Below are positions 16,342 to 24,385 of a stretch of DNA of 45,025 bases, one piece after another (within the stretch, counting starts at the first letter, position 1; each line of letters starts with the position of its first letter). The position numbers were made by a program, and so were the translations under genes. The stretch comes from Desulfomonile tiedjei (GTDB taxonomy: Bacteria > Desulfobacterota > Desulfomonilia > Desulfomonilales > Desulfomonilaceae). The DNA is taken from the NCBI GenBank assembly GCA_020722215.1, contig DYLG01000001.1, positions 1 to 45,025 of the forward strand, read 5' to 3'. The notes below the pieces were generated by a model that was not told where the DNA came from, made no database searches, and saw nothing but the letters and a program-made list of their open reading frames with translations.

Positions 16342-16606
16342 TTGAGTCTCCTTTTCCATAATTGGTCGCCTAACCGGTTGTTATGACAAATTAATGCCAT
16401 GAAGTCAGCGAAATTTTATAGCACAGTCCGGTCGTCGAGTCAAACCCTCCGGCGGGCATTATCCCTTCCAAATGGACTCGTACGGATGCGCCGGCTTGAG
16501 TCCAATCCCCGCATGGCTCTGTTGCTGATCGCGGATTCCTCGCCGCGTTCATCGGATTCTTATCCGCGTCCGCGTGTGGTAGGATCTGTTCGGGAGAAGA
16601 CCCACC

Positions 16607-17956
16607 ATGACCGATCGAGCACCCGAAAGGACACTTGGCCCCGACGAAATCCGCATGATCCTCGATTCGATCGCGGACGGCGTTTTCACGGTGGACGAGA
16701 ATCTCATCATCACTTCTTTCAACCGGGCGGCATCGGAGATTACGGGAGTCCCGGAAAAGGAGGCCCTGGGCCGCCCCTGCTGCGAAGTGTTCCGCGCTGA
16801 GATCTGTGAAGGAGAATGCTCCCTGAAGCAGACCATTAGGACCAAGAAACCCGCCGTGAATCGGCCCATTTATATTCTTCGGGCTGACGGGACTCGCGTT
16901 CCCATCAGCGTGAGCACGGCGATGCTGAAGGATTCGGAAGGGAACCCAATCGGCGGAGTTGAGACATTCCGCGATCTTACACTTGTTGAGGACCTGCGAA
17001 AGCAGGTTGAGAAATCCTTCACCTTTGAGGACATGATCTCCCGGAATCCCGGCATGCAGGAGATATTCAACATACTGCCGGACGTGGCGGCAAGCGACAC
17101 CACGATCCTCGTTGAAGGAGAGAGCGGCACGGGAAAAGAGCTTATGGCAAAAGCCATTCACAATTTGTCGCCGCGAAGCAAAAGGCCGCTTGTAACGGTG
17201 AATTGCGGCGCCATTCCGGACGCTCTTCTCGAGTCCGAACTCTTCGGGTACAAGGCCGGAGCATTTACCGATGCGAAGCGCGACAAGCCCGGCCGGTTTG
17301 CGCAGGCCGACCGGGGAACCATATTTCTCGATGAAATCGGGGACATTACTCCCGCTCTTCAGGTGCGTCTCTTGAGGATCCTGCAGCACAAGACGTTCGA
17401 GCCGCTCGGGGGAACGGAATCCGTGAAGGTGGACGTGCGTGTTGTGGCTGCAACCAACCGCGATCTGAAGGAACTCGTTGAAAAGGGATCGTTCAGGGAG
17501 GACCTGTATTACAGGATACAGGTCTTCAGGCTCAAGCTCCCGTCATTGCGGGAAAGGAGAGAGGATATTCCGGCGCTTTCACGGCACTTTATCGACCGGC
17601 TAAACAGTCTCAAGGGCCGCGACATTGCGGGTCTGTCCAGGGAGGCGCTCACTGCGTTTATGGAATACGATTGGCCGGGGAACATCCGAGAGCTGGAGAA
17701 CGCGATCGAGCATGCTTTCATCCTATGTCACGGCGGACTGATCGAGCCCCGGCATCTTCCCGCTCCTTTTCGGAGGGCAGCCGATTCCCGGGAACCTTTC
17801 CCGGCCGGCGGCACACTGGCGGACATCGAGGCTAGAGTGATCAGGGAAGCGCTCGCCAGGAACGGAGGCAAGAAACTGGCCACGGCACGGGAACTGGGAA
17901 TTGACAAGACCACACTGTGGAGGAAGATCAAACGCCTTGGACTGGACAAGGAATAG
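16607..17956 (+). CDS. Sigma-54-dependent transcriptional activator: PAS sensor, AAA+ domain, Fis-type HTH
   Basis: PAS (ILDSIADGVFTVDENLIITSFNRAASEITG). Walker A GESGTGKE. ESELFGYKAGAFTDA (a GAFTGA variant). C-terminal HTH ATARELGIDKTTLWRKIKRLGL. Confidence 0.9.
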   Translation: MTDRAPERTLGPDEIRMILDSIADGVFTVDENLIITSFNRAASEITGVPEKEALGRPCCEVFRAEICEGECSLKQTIRTKKPAVNRPIYILRADGTRVPISVSTAMLKDSEGNPIGGVETFRDLTLVEDLRKQVEKSFTFEDMISRNPGMQEIFNILPDVAASDTTILVEGESGTGKELMAKAIHNLSPRSKRPLVTVNCGAIPDALLESELFGYKAGAFTDAKRDKPGRFAQADRGTIFLDEIGDITPALQVRLLRILQHKTFEPLGGTESVKVDVRVVAATNRDLKELVEKGSFREDLYYRIQVFRLKLPSLRERREDIPALSRHFIDRLNSLKGRDIAGLSREALTAFMEYDWPGNIRELENAIEHAFILCHGGLIEPRHLPAPFRRAADSREPFPAGGTLADIEARVIREALARNGGKKLATARELGIDKTTLWRKIKRLGLDKE

Positions 17957-17958
17957 GT

Positions 17959-17985
17959 CACCTGCTGCACCCTTCGCAGCAGGTG
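17959..17985 (+). terminator. Perfect 10-bp hairpin 3 nt after the stop of the sigma-54 activator gene
   Basis: CACCTGCTGC-acccttc-GCAGCAGGTG. No U-tract, so intrinsic-terminator function is uncertain. Confidence 0.4.
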
Positions 17986-18155
17986 CTGCAATATCGTCTG
18001 GTCGCGTGCAGGGCAGCATGTTGCGGAAATTCAAGAGATTTGAGGATGACCCGGCATCACCGAGGTCCACAATTGCCGGCTTCGCATAACCGTGTTTTCC
18101 CCGAGGAATACTGCGGCTGAATTCTCCAACCCGATTTTCTCAAGAAGAGGCGACG

Positions 18156-18578
18156 ATGGAGCGCAAACTGCTTTTAAGCGCGGCAGTTTCTTGTCTGATG
18201 CTCGGGGGTTCCGTGCTGCGAGCCCAGGCTGTTGAGCCGGTGATTCTCACGCCGGACCGGAACGAGTATCTTATCGGTTCACACGTGGAGATTCTGAACG
18301 ATCCCGAGAAGAAATACACGATCGAAGACGTGTCTGCTCAGCCGGTATCGTCATTGTTCAGGCCGAGCAAAGCGGAGATCCCCAATTTCGGTTTCGGTTC
18401 TTCAGCACACTGGCTCCGGTTCACGGTGGTGAACCATGGGGGTGAGCGCCGGTCCTGGGTGCTGGAATTCCAGGCCCCCACGGTTGACCATGTTGATCTG
18501 TATGTTCCGGGGCCTGCGGAAACGTTTGTTCGCTGGTCCGCGGGCGACGCCGTCCCTATGAAGGAACGGAATTCTTAA
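18156..18578 (+). pseudogene. Truncated 7TMR-DISMED2-type extracellular sensor domain (signal peptide plus the N-terminal part of the domain; 7TM and output modules missing)
   Basis: MERKLLLSAAVSCLMLGGSVLRAQA signal peptide. ...NFGFGSSAHWLRFTVVNHGGERRSWVLEFQAPTVDHVDLYV...GDAVPMKER matches the start of 7TMR-DISM extracellular domain 2. The ORF stops at 140 aa (TAA 18576-18578), and no downstream frame continues the family. Confidence 0.5.
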
Positions 18579-18878
18579 GCTGCGAGAACGGACCAATGTG
18601 ACCTTAACGGGAAACAATACGGCATCCTTGAAACTCGTGGGCACGCTCAACTGGATCAATGAGGCGCCCAAGGCATGAGATATGATCCGTATGACTCGTT
18701 CAGCGGCAACTCCAAAGTAACCGTTTACGCGAACGATCGCCGGAACAACTGTATCGGCGGCGCTTTGACAGATAGCGAGGACATAACGCTCAAGGTTAAA
18801 ACCGGGCACATTTGGAACTGGCGTGAATGGTGGAGCAGGCGGACAGGCTGAGGCCAAGCTTGTTGCAGAGTTACCCTG

Positions 18879-19024
18879 GCCTGGGAGCCTGTCGCACGAC
18901 CGTTGAAGATGCTGGAATCGTGGCACGATGGCAGTCAAACAGGTCAGCGTAGCCCGGATCTCTCTCAGTGCCGTCGTGCTGCGATTGGCAACCTTTTTGC
19001 AGTTTAGCGACAGGCTCCCAGGCT
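18879..19024. repeat. 17-bp perfect inverted repeat (GCCTGGGAGCCTGTCGC / GCGACAGGCTCCCAGGC) with arms separated by 112 nt, in a non-coding gap
   Basis: Arms at 18879-18895 and 19008-19024. An inner 7-bp pairing GCACGAC (18894-18900) / GTCGTGC (18974-18980). Lies 52 nt past the 3' end of the GlcF-like gene. Confidence 0.6.
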
Positions 19025-19075
19025 TCCCGAGACAGTCTTCACCGGTGCCGTTTCATTGGGACTTATCCGAGGCAA

Positions 19076-20326
19076 TCATTCTTTCTTGATTCTTTGGGCA
19101 ACCAGTTCAATGGTGTGAACAACTAGCGGGTCGGATTCTTCGTAAAGGTTCCCCGAAAGGGTAAGCATGCAGCCGGGGCAGCCCGTGGCCACGAGTTGCG
19201 CTCCTGTGGCCCGGATGTTCTGCTTCTTCAGGCTGGTGACGCCCGCGGACAACTCCGCGTGCTCAAACTGGAAAGAGCCGGCTCCGCCGCAGCATTCGCC
19301 GGCGCCTTCCATTTCGGTCAACCTGATGTCCGGCAGGGCTGCGAGCACAGTGCGGGGCTCTTTCGACACCTTCATGCTTCTCACCATGTGACAGGGGTCA
19401 TGGTAAGTCACTGCTACGGTTCTGCCTGAAGAGGCGGAGGCTAGGGGCAGTTTGTCCATCATCTCCGAGATGAGTTGGGACACGTCTCTGACCTTGGCTG
19501 CGACCCTTCGAGCCCGGTCCGTTTCCAGGCCCAGATCCTCCATAAGGTAGGGAATGTGCTTCTTCAGTCCGCCTCCGCATGTGGCGCAGTCAACCACAAT
19601 CGCGTCTGCGTCGCTTCGGTCCAACACTTCAAGGTTCTTCTCGATGTTGGGCAACGCTTCCTTGCGGGCTCCGCTGAGGAAAACGGGCACGGAACAGCAT
19701 ACCTGATCCTGAGGGATGACGACCTCGATGCCCAGGCGCGTGAGCACGTCAACAACGGCGCGGCCCACGTGCTCGTTGATCAGGTCGGTCGCGCAGCCCG
19801 TGAAATAGACTACCCGAGCGACCCTTTTCCCCACCGCAGGTACGACCTCCCCTATCTGCCGACGGAACGATGTGCTGTTGAAGCGCCCCAGCCGATTCAG
19901 AGGGATGTTGCCCATCTTCCACCCCAAATTGAGCGGAGCGATAAAAGCCCTTTGCCCCAGGCGTCCCATTCCGGCTCCCAACCTAAGGAGCAGAGGATGC
20001 TTCAACGCGGCAAACAGCGCCTTCTTGGCAAGGCCGACCCCGAACTTCTCGTAGAGTTCCATGCGTATGTTTTCGAAGACTCGGTCCAGGCGAACACCGC
20101 TGGGACACGCCTCCGAACATGCCTCACAGAGGATGCAGGTCATCAGCGCGTCGTGAAGTCCTCCGGAGAGGGACAAGTCTCCCTCCAGGTACTTCTTGAC
20201 CATTTGCACGCGGCCTCTGGGAGCGTTGCGTTCCATGCGCGTGACCCTGTAAGTCGGGCAAACGGGCTGGCACATGGCGCACTTGAGGCAACTATGGAGA
20301 TCTTCTTTTATCGGTTCGGCAAACAT
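19076..20326 (-). CDS. GlcF/HdrD-like iron-sulfur subunit (two 4Fe-4S ferredoxin motifs plus two CCG domains) of an FAD-linked 2-hydroxyacid (glycolate/D-lactate-type) oxidoreductase
   Basis: Start ATG 20326 (MFAEPIKEDLHSCLKCAMCQPVCP...). Second motif CILCEACSEACP. CCG-type cysteines (FTGCATD, CCSVP, HDPCH, ECCGGAG, GCPGC). Listed ORF 19076..20653 is an N-terminal over-extension into the upstream gene. Confidence 0.85.
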   Translation of the reverse strand: MFAEPIKEDLHSCLKCAMCQPVCPTYRVTRMERNAPRGRVQMVKKYLEGDLSLSGGLHDALMTCILCEACSEACPSGVRLDRVFENIRMELYEKFGVGLAKKALFAALKHPLLLRLGAGMGRLGQRAFIAPLNLGWKMGNIPLNRLGRFNSTSFRRQIGEVVPAVGKRVARVVYFTGCATDLINEHVGRAVVDVLTRLGIEVVIPQDQVCCSVPVFLSGARKEALPNIEKNLEVLDRSDADAIVVDCATCGGGLKKHIPYLMEDLGLETDRARRVAAKVRDVSQLISEMMDKLPLASASSGRTVAVTYHDPCHMVRSMKVSKEPRTVLAALPDIRLTEMEGAGECCGGAGSFQFEHAELSAGVTSLKKQNIRATGAQLVATGCPGCMLTLSGNLYEESDPLVVHTIELVAQRIKKE

Positions 20327-20366
20327 GTCTTTCACGCGGGCTTTGATAGGTGGCCGGGTCCGTTTT

Positions 20367-21737
20367 TCAAACAAACTTGCCTGGGTTGAGAATGCCTTTC
20401 GGGTCGACGCTCTTCTTAATGCACTTTGTGACTTCCATAGCCACTTCGTCCAGTTCCATAGGCAGAAATCGAGCCTTGGCCCGTCCGATGCCGTGTTCTC
20501 CGGAAAGGGTTCCGCCCAGGGCCAACGCTTCCCTGAATATTTCCTCGGTTGCCGCTTCAACGCGGCGAACCTCGTCCTTATCTCGTTGATCAAAGAGCAC
20601 CAGAGGATGGAGGTTGCCGTCTCCGGCGTGGGCGAGCACTCCGATCTGCACATTGTTTTTGCGGCCTATCTCCACGGTCTTCCTGATCATCTCCGTCAGG
20701 TTTGAGACCGGCACTGTTGCGTCCTCCAGGGAGGTGTTGGGCCTGAGACGTGCCATGACGGACACCGCGTTCCTGCGCGCGGTCCAGAGTTTGTCCGCCT
20801 CTTCCGGAGTCCGGGAAACCAGGACCCTGGAGCTGTGGTTCTCCATGAGGATTCGCTCGATGGTTCGCACCTGAAGGTCCAGGCCCTCCGGATCTCCGTC
20901 CACCTCGACGAGCAGAATGGCTTCCACATCCGTGGGTAGGCCCAGCCTGGCGTCCGCTTCCACAGCGCTGATCACGACCTTGTCCATGAGTTCGAGGCCG
21001 GAAGGAACGATGCCGGCCCCGATGATCGCCGCGACGGCGTCGGAGCTATCTTCCAGCAGGGGGAAATTCGCCATAATGGTTCGAGAAGCTTTAGGTTTCG
21101 GAATCAGACGCACCGTGATCTCGGTGACAACGGCAAGGGTTCCCTCGGAACCGCAGATCAGACGCGTGAGATCGTAGCCTGTAACGTTCTTGATCGCTTT
21201 GCCGCCGGTCTTGAGGACATCGCCATTGGCCAGCACAGCGGTGAGTCCCAGCAAGTAGTCTCGGGTTACCCCGTACTTGAGGGTCCTGGGCCCTCCTGAG
21301 TTTGTTCCGACATTACCGCCGATGGTGGCAACTTTCCAGGAACTAGGATGAGGAGCATACATCAGGCCGTGCTTGGCAACTTCCTGCTGAAACCGGTAAT
21401 TTATCACCCCAGGCTGAACGCGAGCGATTCGATTGCGAGGATCAATTTCCAGGATCCGGTCCATGCGGCTCAAGGCGAGCACGATTCCGCCCATGATCGG
21501 CACGACTTCTCCGGCCAGATTCGTTCCCGAGCCTCTTGGAGTGACGGGGATCTCTTCCCTGAACGCGACCTTCATGATTGCCGAGACTTCTTCCGTGGTC
21601 ACGGCGAACAGCACCAGGTCCGGTCTATGTTCCTCTATATGGGGGTCAAGGGAATACGCCACGAGGTCCTCGGGCCGGCTTGTGGCCCGTTCCGGCCCAA
21701 CGATCGCGGCAAGTTCTTTTTTCACGCTCTCGTGCAT
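20367..21737 (-). CDS. FAD-linked oxidase, GlcD / D-lactate dehydrogenase family
   Basis: Start ATG 21737 (MHESVKKELAAIVGPERA...) after GGAGAAAG. FAD-binding PCMH motifs (PRGSGTNLAG, GGNVGTNSGG). C-terminal GTLSGEHGIG. ILNPGK tail. Confidence 0.88.
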   Translation of the reverse strand: MHESVKKELAAIVGPERATSRPEDLVAYSLDPHIEEHRPDLVLFAVTTEEVSAIMKVAFREEIPVTPRGSGTNLAGEVVPIMGGIVLALSRMDRILEIDPRNRIARVQPGVINYRFQQEVAKHGLMYAPHPSSWKVATIGGNVGTNSGGPRTLKYGVTRDYLLGLTAVLANGDVLKTGGKAIKNVTGYDLTRLICGSEGTLAVVTEITVRLIPKPKASRTIMANFPLLEDSSDAVAAIIGAGIVPSGLELMDKVVISAVEADARLGLPTDVEAILLVEVDGDPEGLDLQVRTIERILMENHSSRVLVSRTPEEADKLWTARRNAVSVMARLRPNTSLEDATVPVSNLTEMIRKTVEIGRKNNVQIGVLAHAGDGNLHPLVLFDQRDKDEVRRVEAATEEIFREALALGGTLSGEHGIGRAKARFLPMELDEVAMEVTKCIKKSVDPKGILNPGKFV

Positions 21738-22279
21738 AGAATCTTTCTCCGGCAAACCTCGCTGATCAAGCCCCCGGCATCGACAGCCCCTCGCGGAATT
21801 CAACAGGAAGGGAGCTTCCCGGTTGTGGATCCCCGCCTGCCGATCACTCAAGACACTCTTGCCCTTCTCCGGGATCGTCTTGGAAGACACTAAGCATAGT
21901 CAAAGGGCAAGCAAGATTCAAGTTCTAAACATGACGGCCGGCCACTCACTCTTCGTTGGTGGGTTCGGCATTTGCCGCTTGACTGGAATAGATGCCTTGT
22001 GGTTTACTACTACTTTTATATGAAACGGATGGGATGATGCCGGTGCAATTCCGGGGAACAACCTCCCCGTGATAGCCATAGCCCGTTTGCCCATTTTTTG
22101 CGAGTCGGGAATCGGACGCTCCGATCCTCCGGGCTATCGCCGTGCTTCCCATCCGTAGTCAAGTATCTTGTCCCACCGCGCAGCCGAGATGCCCTTTTGC
22201 GGTATCGGTCGCGGGTCATAGGGCATATCAGTCAAGAGCCCGGAACTCGTACGCACGAGTCCCGGTATAAGGGGTGCAA

Positions 22280-24364
22280 ATGAAACAGTATAAATCCGAA
22301 GATGTACGGAATGTGGCGGTGGTTTCCCACCAAGGTTCGGGGAAGACCACCATGTGCGAGGCCATGCTCTATGACGCGGGAGCGGTAGACCGTCTGGGAA
22401 AGGTCACTGACGGCACGTCCAACTTGGATTTTGAGCCGGAAGAAATCAAGAGGCAGATAACCATAAGCACCTCATTGTTCAGCCTCGAGTGGAAAAAGAA
22501 GAAAATCAACATTCTGGACACACCCGGCGACCCGAATTTTGCCTCCGAGGTAAACGCCGCCCTCAGGGCAGCGGACGTGGCCATTCTGACCGTGGATGCC
22601 GTTGACTCGGTCAAACCGCTCACGGCGAAGGTCTGGAAAAACATCGAAGCAGCCGGCTGTCCCAGATTGCTTGCCGTCACCAAGATGGACAGGGAGCGAG
22701 CCGATTTTGACAAGGTTGTCTCCGACATGAAAACCATGTTGGAAGTCAAGCCGCTGGTACTCCAGCTCCCCATCGGCAAGGAAAGCGCGTTCAAGGGCGT
22801 GGTGGATCTTCTTAACATGAAGGCGGTCACCGTTGAGGCGGACGCCAGGAAGCCTATCAGAGGCGATGTTCCCGATGACCTTAAAAAGGAGGCCCAGACC
22901 CGACGCGAAGTGCTCATTGAGGATCTCGCGGAAGTGGATGATCAATTGATGGAGCGCTACCTGGAAGGTGAAGAACTGGGACCCGACGATCTGGCCGCCG
23001 CCCTGAGACAGGGTATCCTCTCAAGGCAACTTATGCCTGTGACTGTCTGCTCCGGAGGAACCAACATCGGCATTCAGCCGCTGCTGGATCTACTTGCAGA
23101 CTCCTGCCCTTCGCCCCTGGAAATGCCCCCCGTCAAGGGAACCGCTCCCAATGGCGAGGAACAGACCAGGGACCCCTCCTCTAACGGGCCCTTCTGCGCA
23201 TATGTATTCAAGACACTGGCCGATCCTTACGCCGGCAGACTCACACTGTTCAGGATCTACTCAGGGATTCTTTCGCCCGATTCCACCGTGTTCAATTCGA
23301 CTCGGAGAACCAAGGAAAGATTCGGCCAGATTCTTACCATTCAGGGCAAGAACCAGATGTCGGTGGAGTCCGCCCAGGCGGGCGACATCGTTGCCGTGGC
23401 CAAACTCAAGGAGACACTCACCGGCGACACGCTTTGCGACGAAAAGAATCCCATCATCATTCCGCCGTTAGTTCAGCCTCAGCCGGTGATATCTTTTGCC
23501 ATCGAGCCCAAGGCCAAAGGAGACGAAGAGAAGATCACCCAGAGCCTCTCCAAACTTGCGGAAGAGGATCTCACCCTGAGCGTGACCAGAGACCAGCAGA
23601 CGAATGAGTTCCTCATTTCCGGTATGGGACAAGTCCATATCGAAGTGACCGTGGACAAGCTCAAGAGAAAGTTCGGCGTGGACGTCAACCTCAAGACCCC
23701 CAAGGTCCCGTACAAGGAGACTATCAGGGGTAGATCAAAGGTTGAAGGAAAACTGAAAAAGCAGACCGGAGGACGAGGCCAGTTCGCTGTGGCGTGGCTG
23801 GAACTGGAGCCCATGCCCAGAGGCTCCGGCTTTGAGTTCGTTGACAAGATTGTCGGAGGGGTTATCCCCCGGCAGTACATCCCTGCCGTGGAAAAGGGCG
23901 TAGTGGAAGCCATGACAGCGGGCTCCCTGGCCGGCTATCCTGTCATCGATGTGCGCATCACCGTATTCGACGGCAAGTACCACGACGTGGATTCATCCGA
24001 GCAAGCTTTCAAGATCGCCGCTTCAAAGGGATTCAAGAAGGGAATGTTGGAAGCCAACCCGGTCCTTCTGGAACCGATCATGAACATGGAAGTAGTGGTT
24101 CCCGAAGAGTGTATGGGCGACGTCATGGGCGACCTCAATTCCCGCCGAGGGAGGATCAGCGGTATGGATTCGTCCGGCGGCAGCCAGGTCATAAAGGCTC
24201 AGGTGCCCATGGCAGAAGTGCTCAAGTATGCTTCGGATTTGACCTCGCTCACGTCCGGGAGAGGCTTCTTCTCAATGGAATTCTCCCATTACGAAGAGGC
24301 GCCTGCCAATATCGCCGAAAAGATAATAGAGGCGGCGGCAAAACCGGAGGAGGAAGAAGACTAG
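22280..24364 (+). CDS. Elongation factor G paralog (EF-G II / EF-G-2-like translational GTPase)
   Basis: ATG 22280, 6 nt after AAGGGG. G1 SHQGSGKTT, G3 DTPGDPNF, G4 TKMD. Domains II-V recognisable (e.g. GRGQFA..., ...HDVDSSE.AFK...). Not in an rpsL-rpsG-fusA-tuf context. Confidence 0.9.
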   Translation: MKQYKSEDVRNVAVVSHQGSGKTTMCEAMLYDAGAVDRLGKVTDGTSNLDFEPEEIKRQITISTSLFSLEWKKKKINILDTPGDPNFASEVNAALRAADVAILTVDAVDSVKPLTAKVWKNIEAAGCPRLLAVTKMDRERADFDKVVSDMKTMLEVKPLVLQLPIGKESAFKGVVDLLNMKAVTVEADARKPIRGDVPDDLKKEAQTRREVLIEDLAEVDDQLMERYLEGEELGPDDLAAALRQGILSRQLMPVTVCSGGTNIGIQPLLDLLADSCPSPLEMPPVKGTAPNGEEQTRDPSSNGPFCAYVFKTLADPYAGRLTLFRIYSGILSPDSTVFNSTRRTKERFGQILTIQGKNQMSVESAQAGDIVAVAKLKETLTGDTLCDEKNPIIIPPLVQPQPVISFAIEPKAKGDEEKITQSLSKLAEEDLTLSVTRDQQTNEFLISGMGQVHIEVTVDKLKRKFGVDVNLKTPKVPYKETIRGRSKVEGKLKKQTGGRGQFAVAWLELEPMPRGSGFEFVDKIVGGVIPRQYIPAVEKGVVEAMTAGSLAGYPVIDVRITVFDGKYHDVDSSEQAFKIAASKGFKKGMLEANPVLLEPIMNMEVVVPEECMGDVMGDLNSRRGRISGMDSSGGSQVIKAQVPMAEVLKYASDLTSLTSGRGFFSMEFSHYEEAPANIAEKIIEAAAKPEEEED

Positions 24365-24385
24365 CACAGGGATTCGGTTCGTTCA

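Noticed and set aside
16391-17389. 332-aa minus-strand ORF
   Set aside because: It is antisense to the well-supported sigma-54 activator (16607..17956) and has no recognisable domains. It is a shadow ORF.
18011-18024. Sigma-54-like element GGGCAGCATGTTGC upstream of the truncated receptor gene
   Set aside because: The GG/GC spacing fits only if the first GG of AGGGCA is used, the flanking consensus is poor, and the downstream gene is a fragment. The evidence is too weak to call.
19076-20653. Listed 525-aa version of the GlcF-like gene, and the 507-aa version of the GlcD-like gene (20367..21890)
   Set aside because: The N-terminal extensions overlap the upstream gene or non-coding DNA and carry no family sequence. 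The internal ATGs at 20326 and 21737 give canonical N-termini, the latter with an SD.
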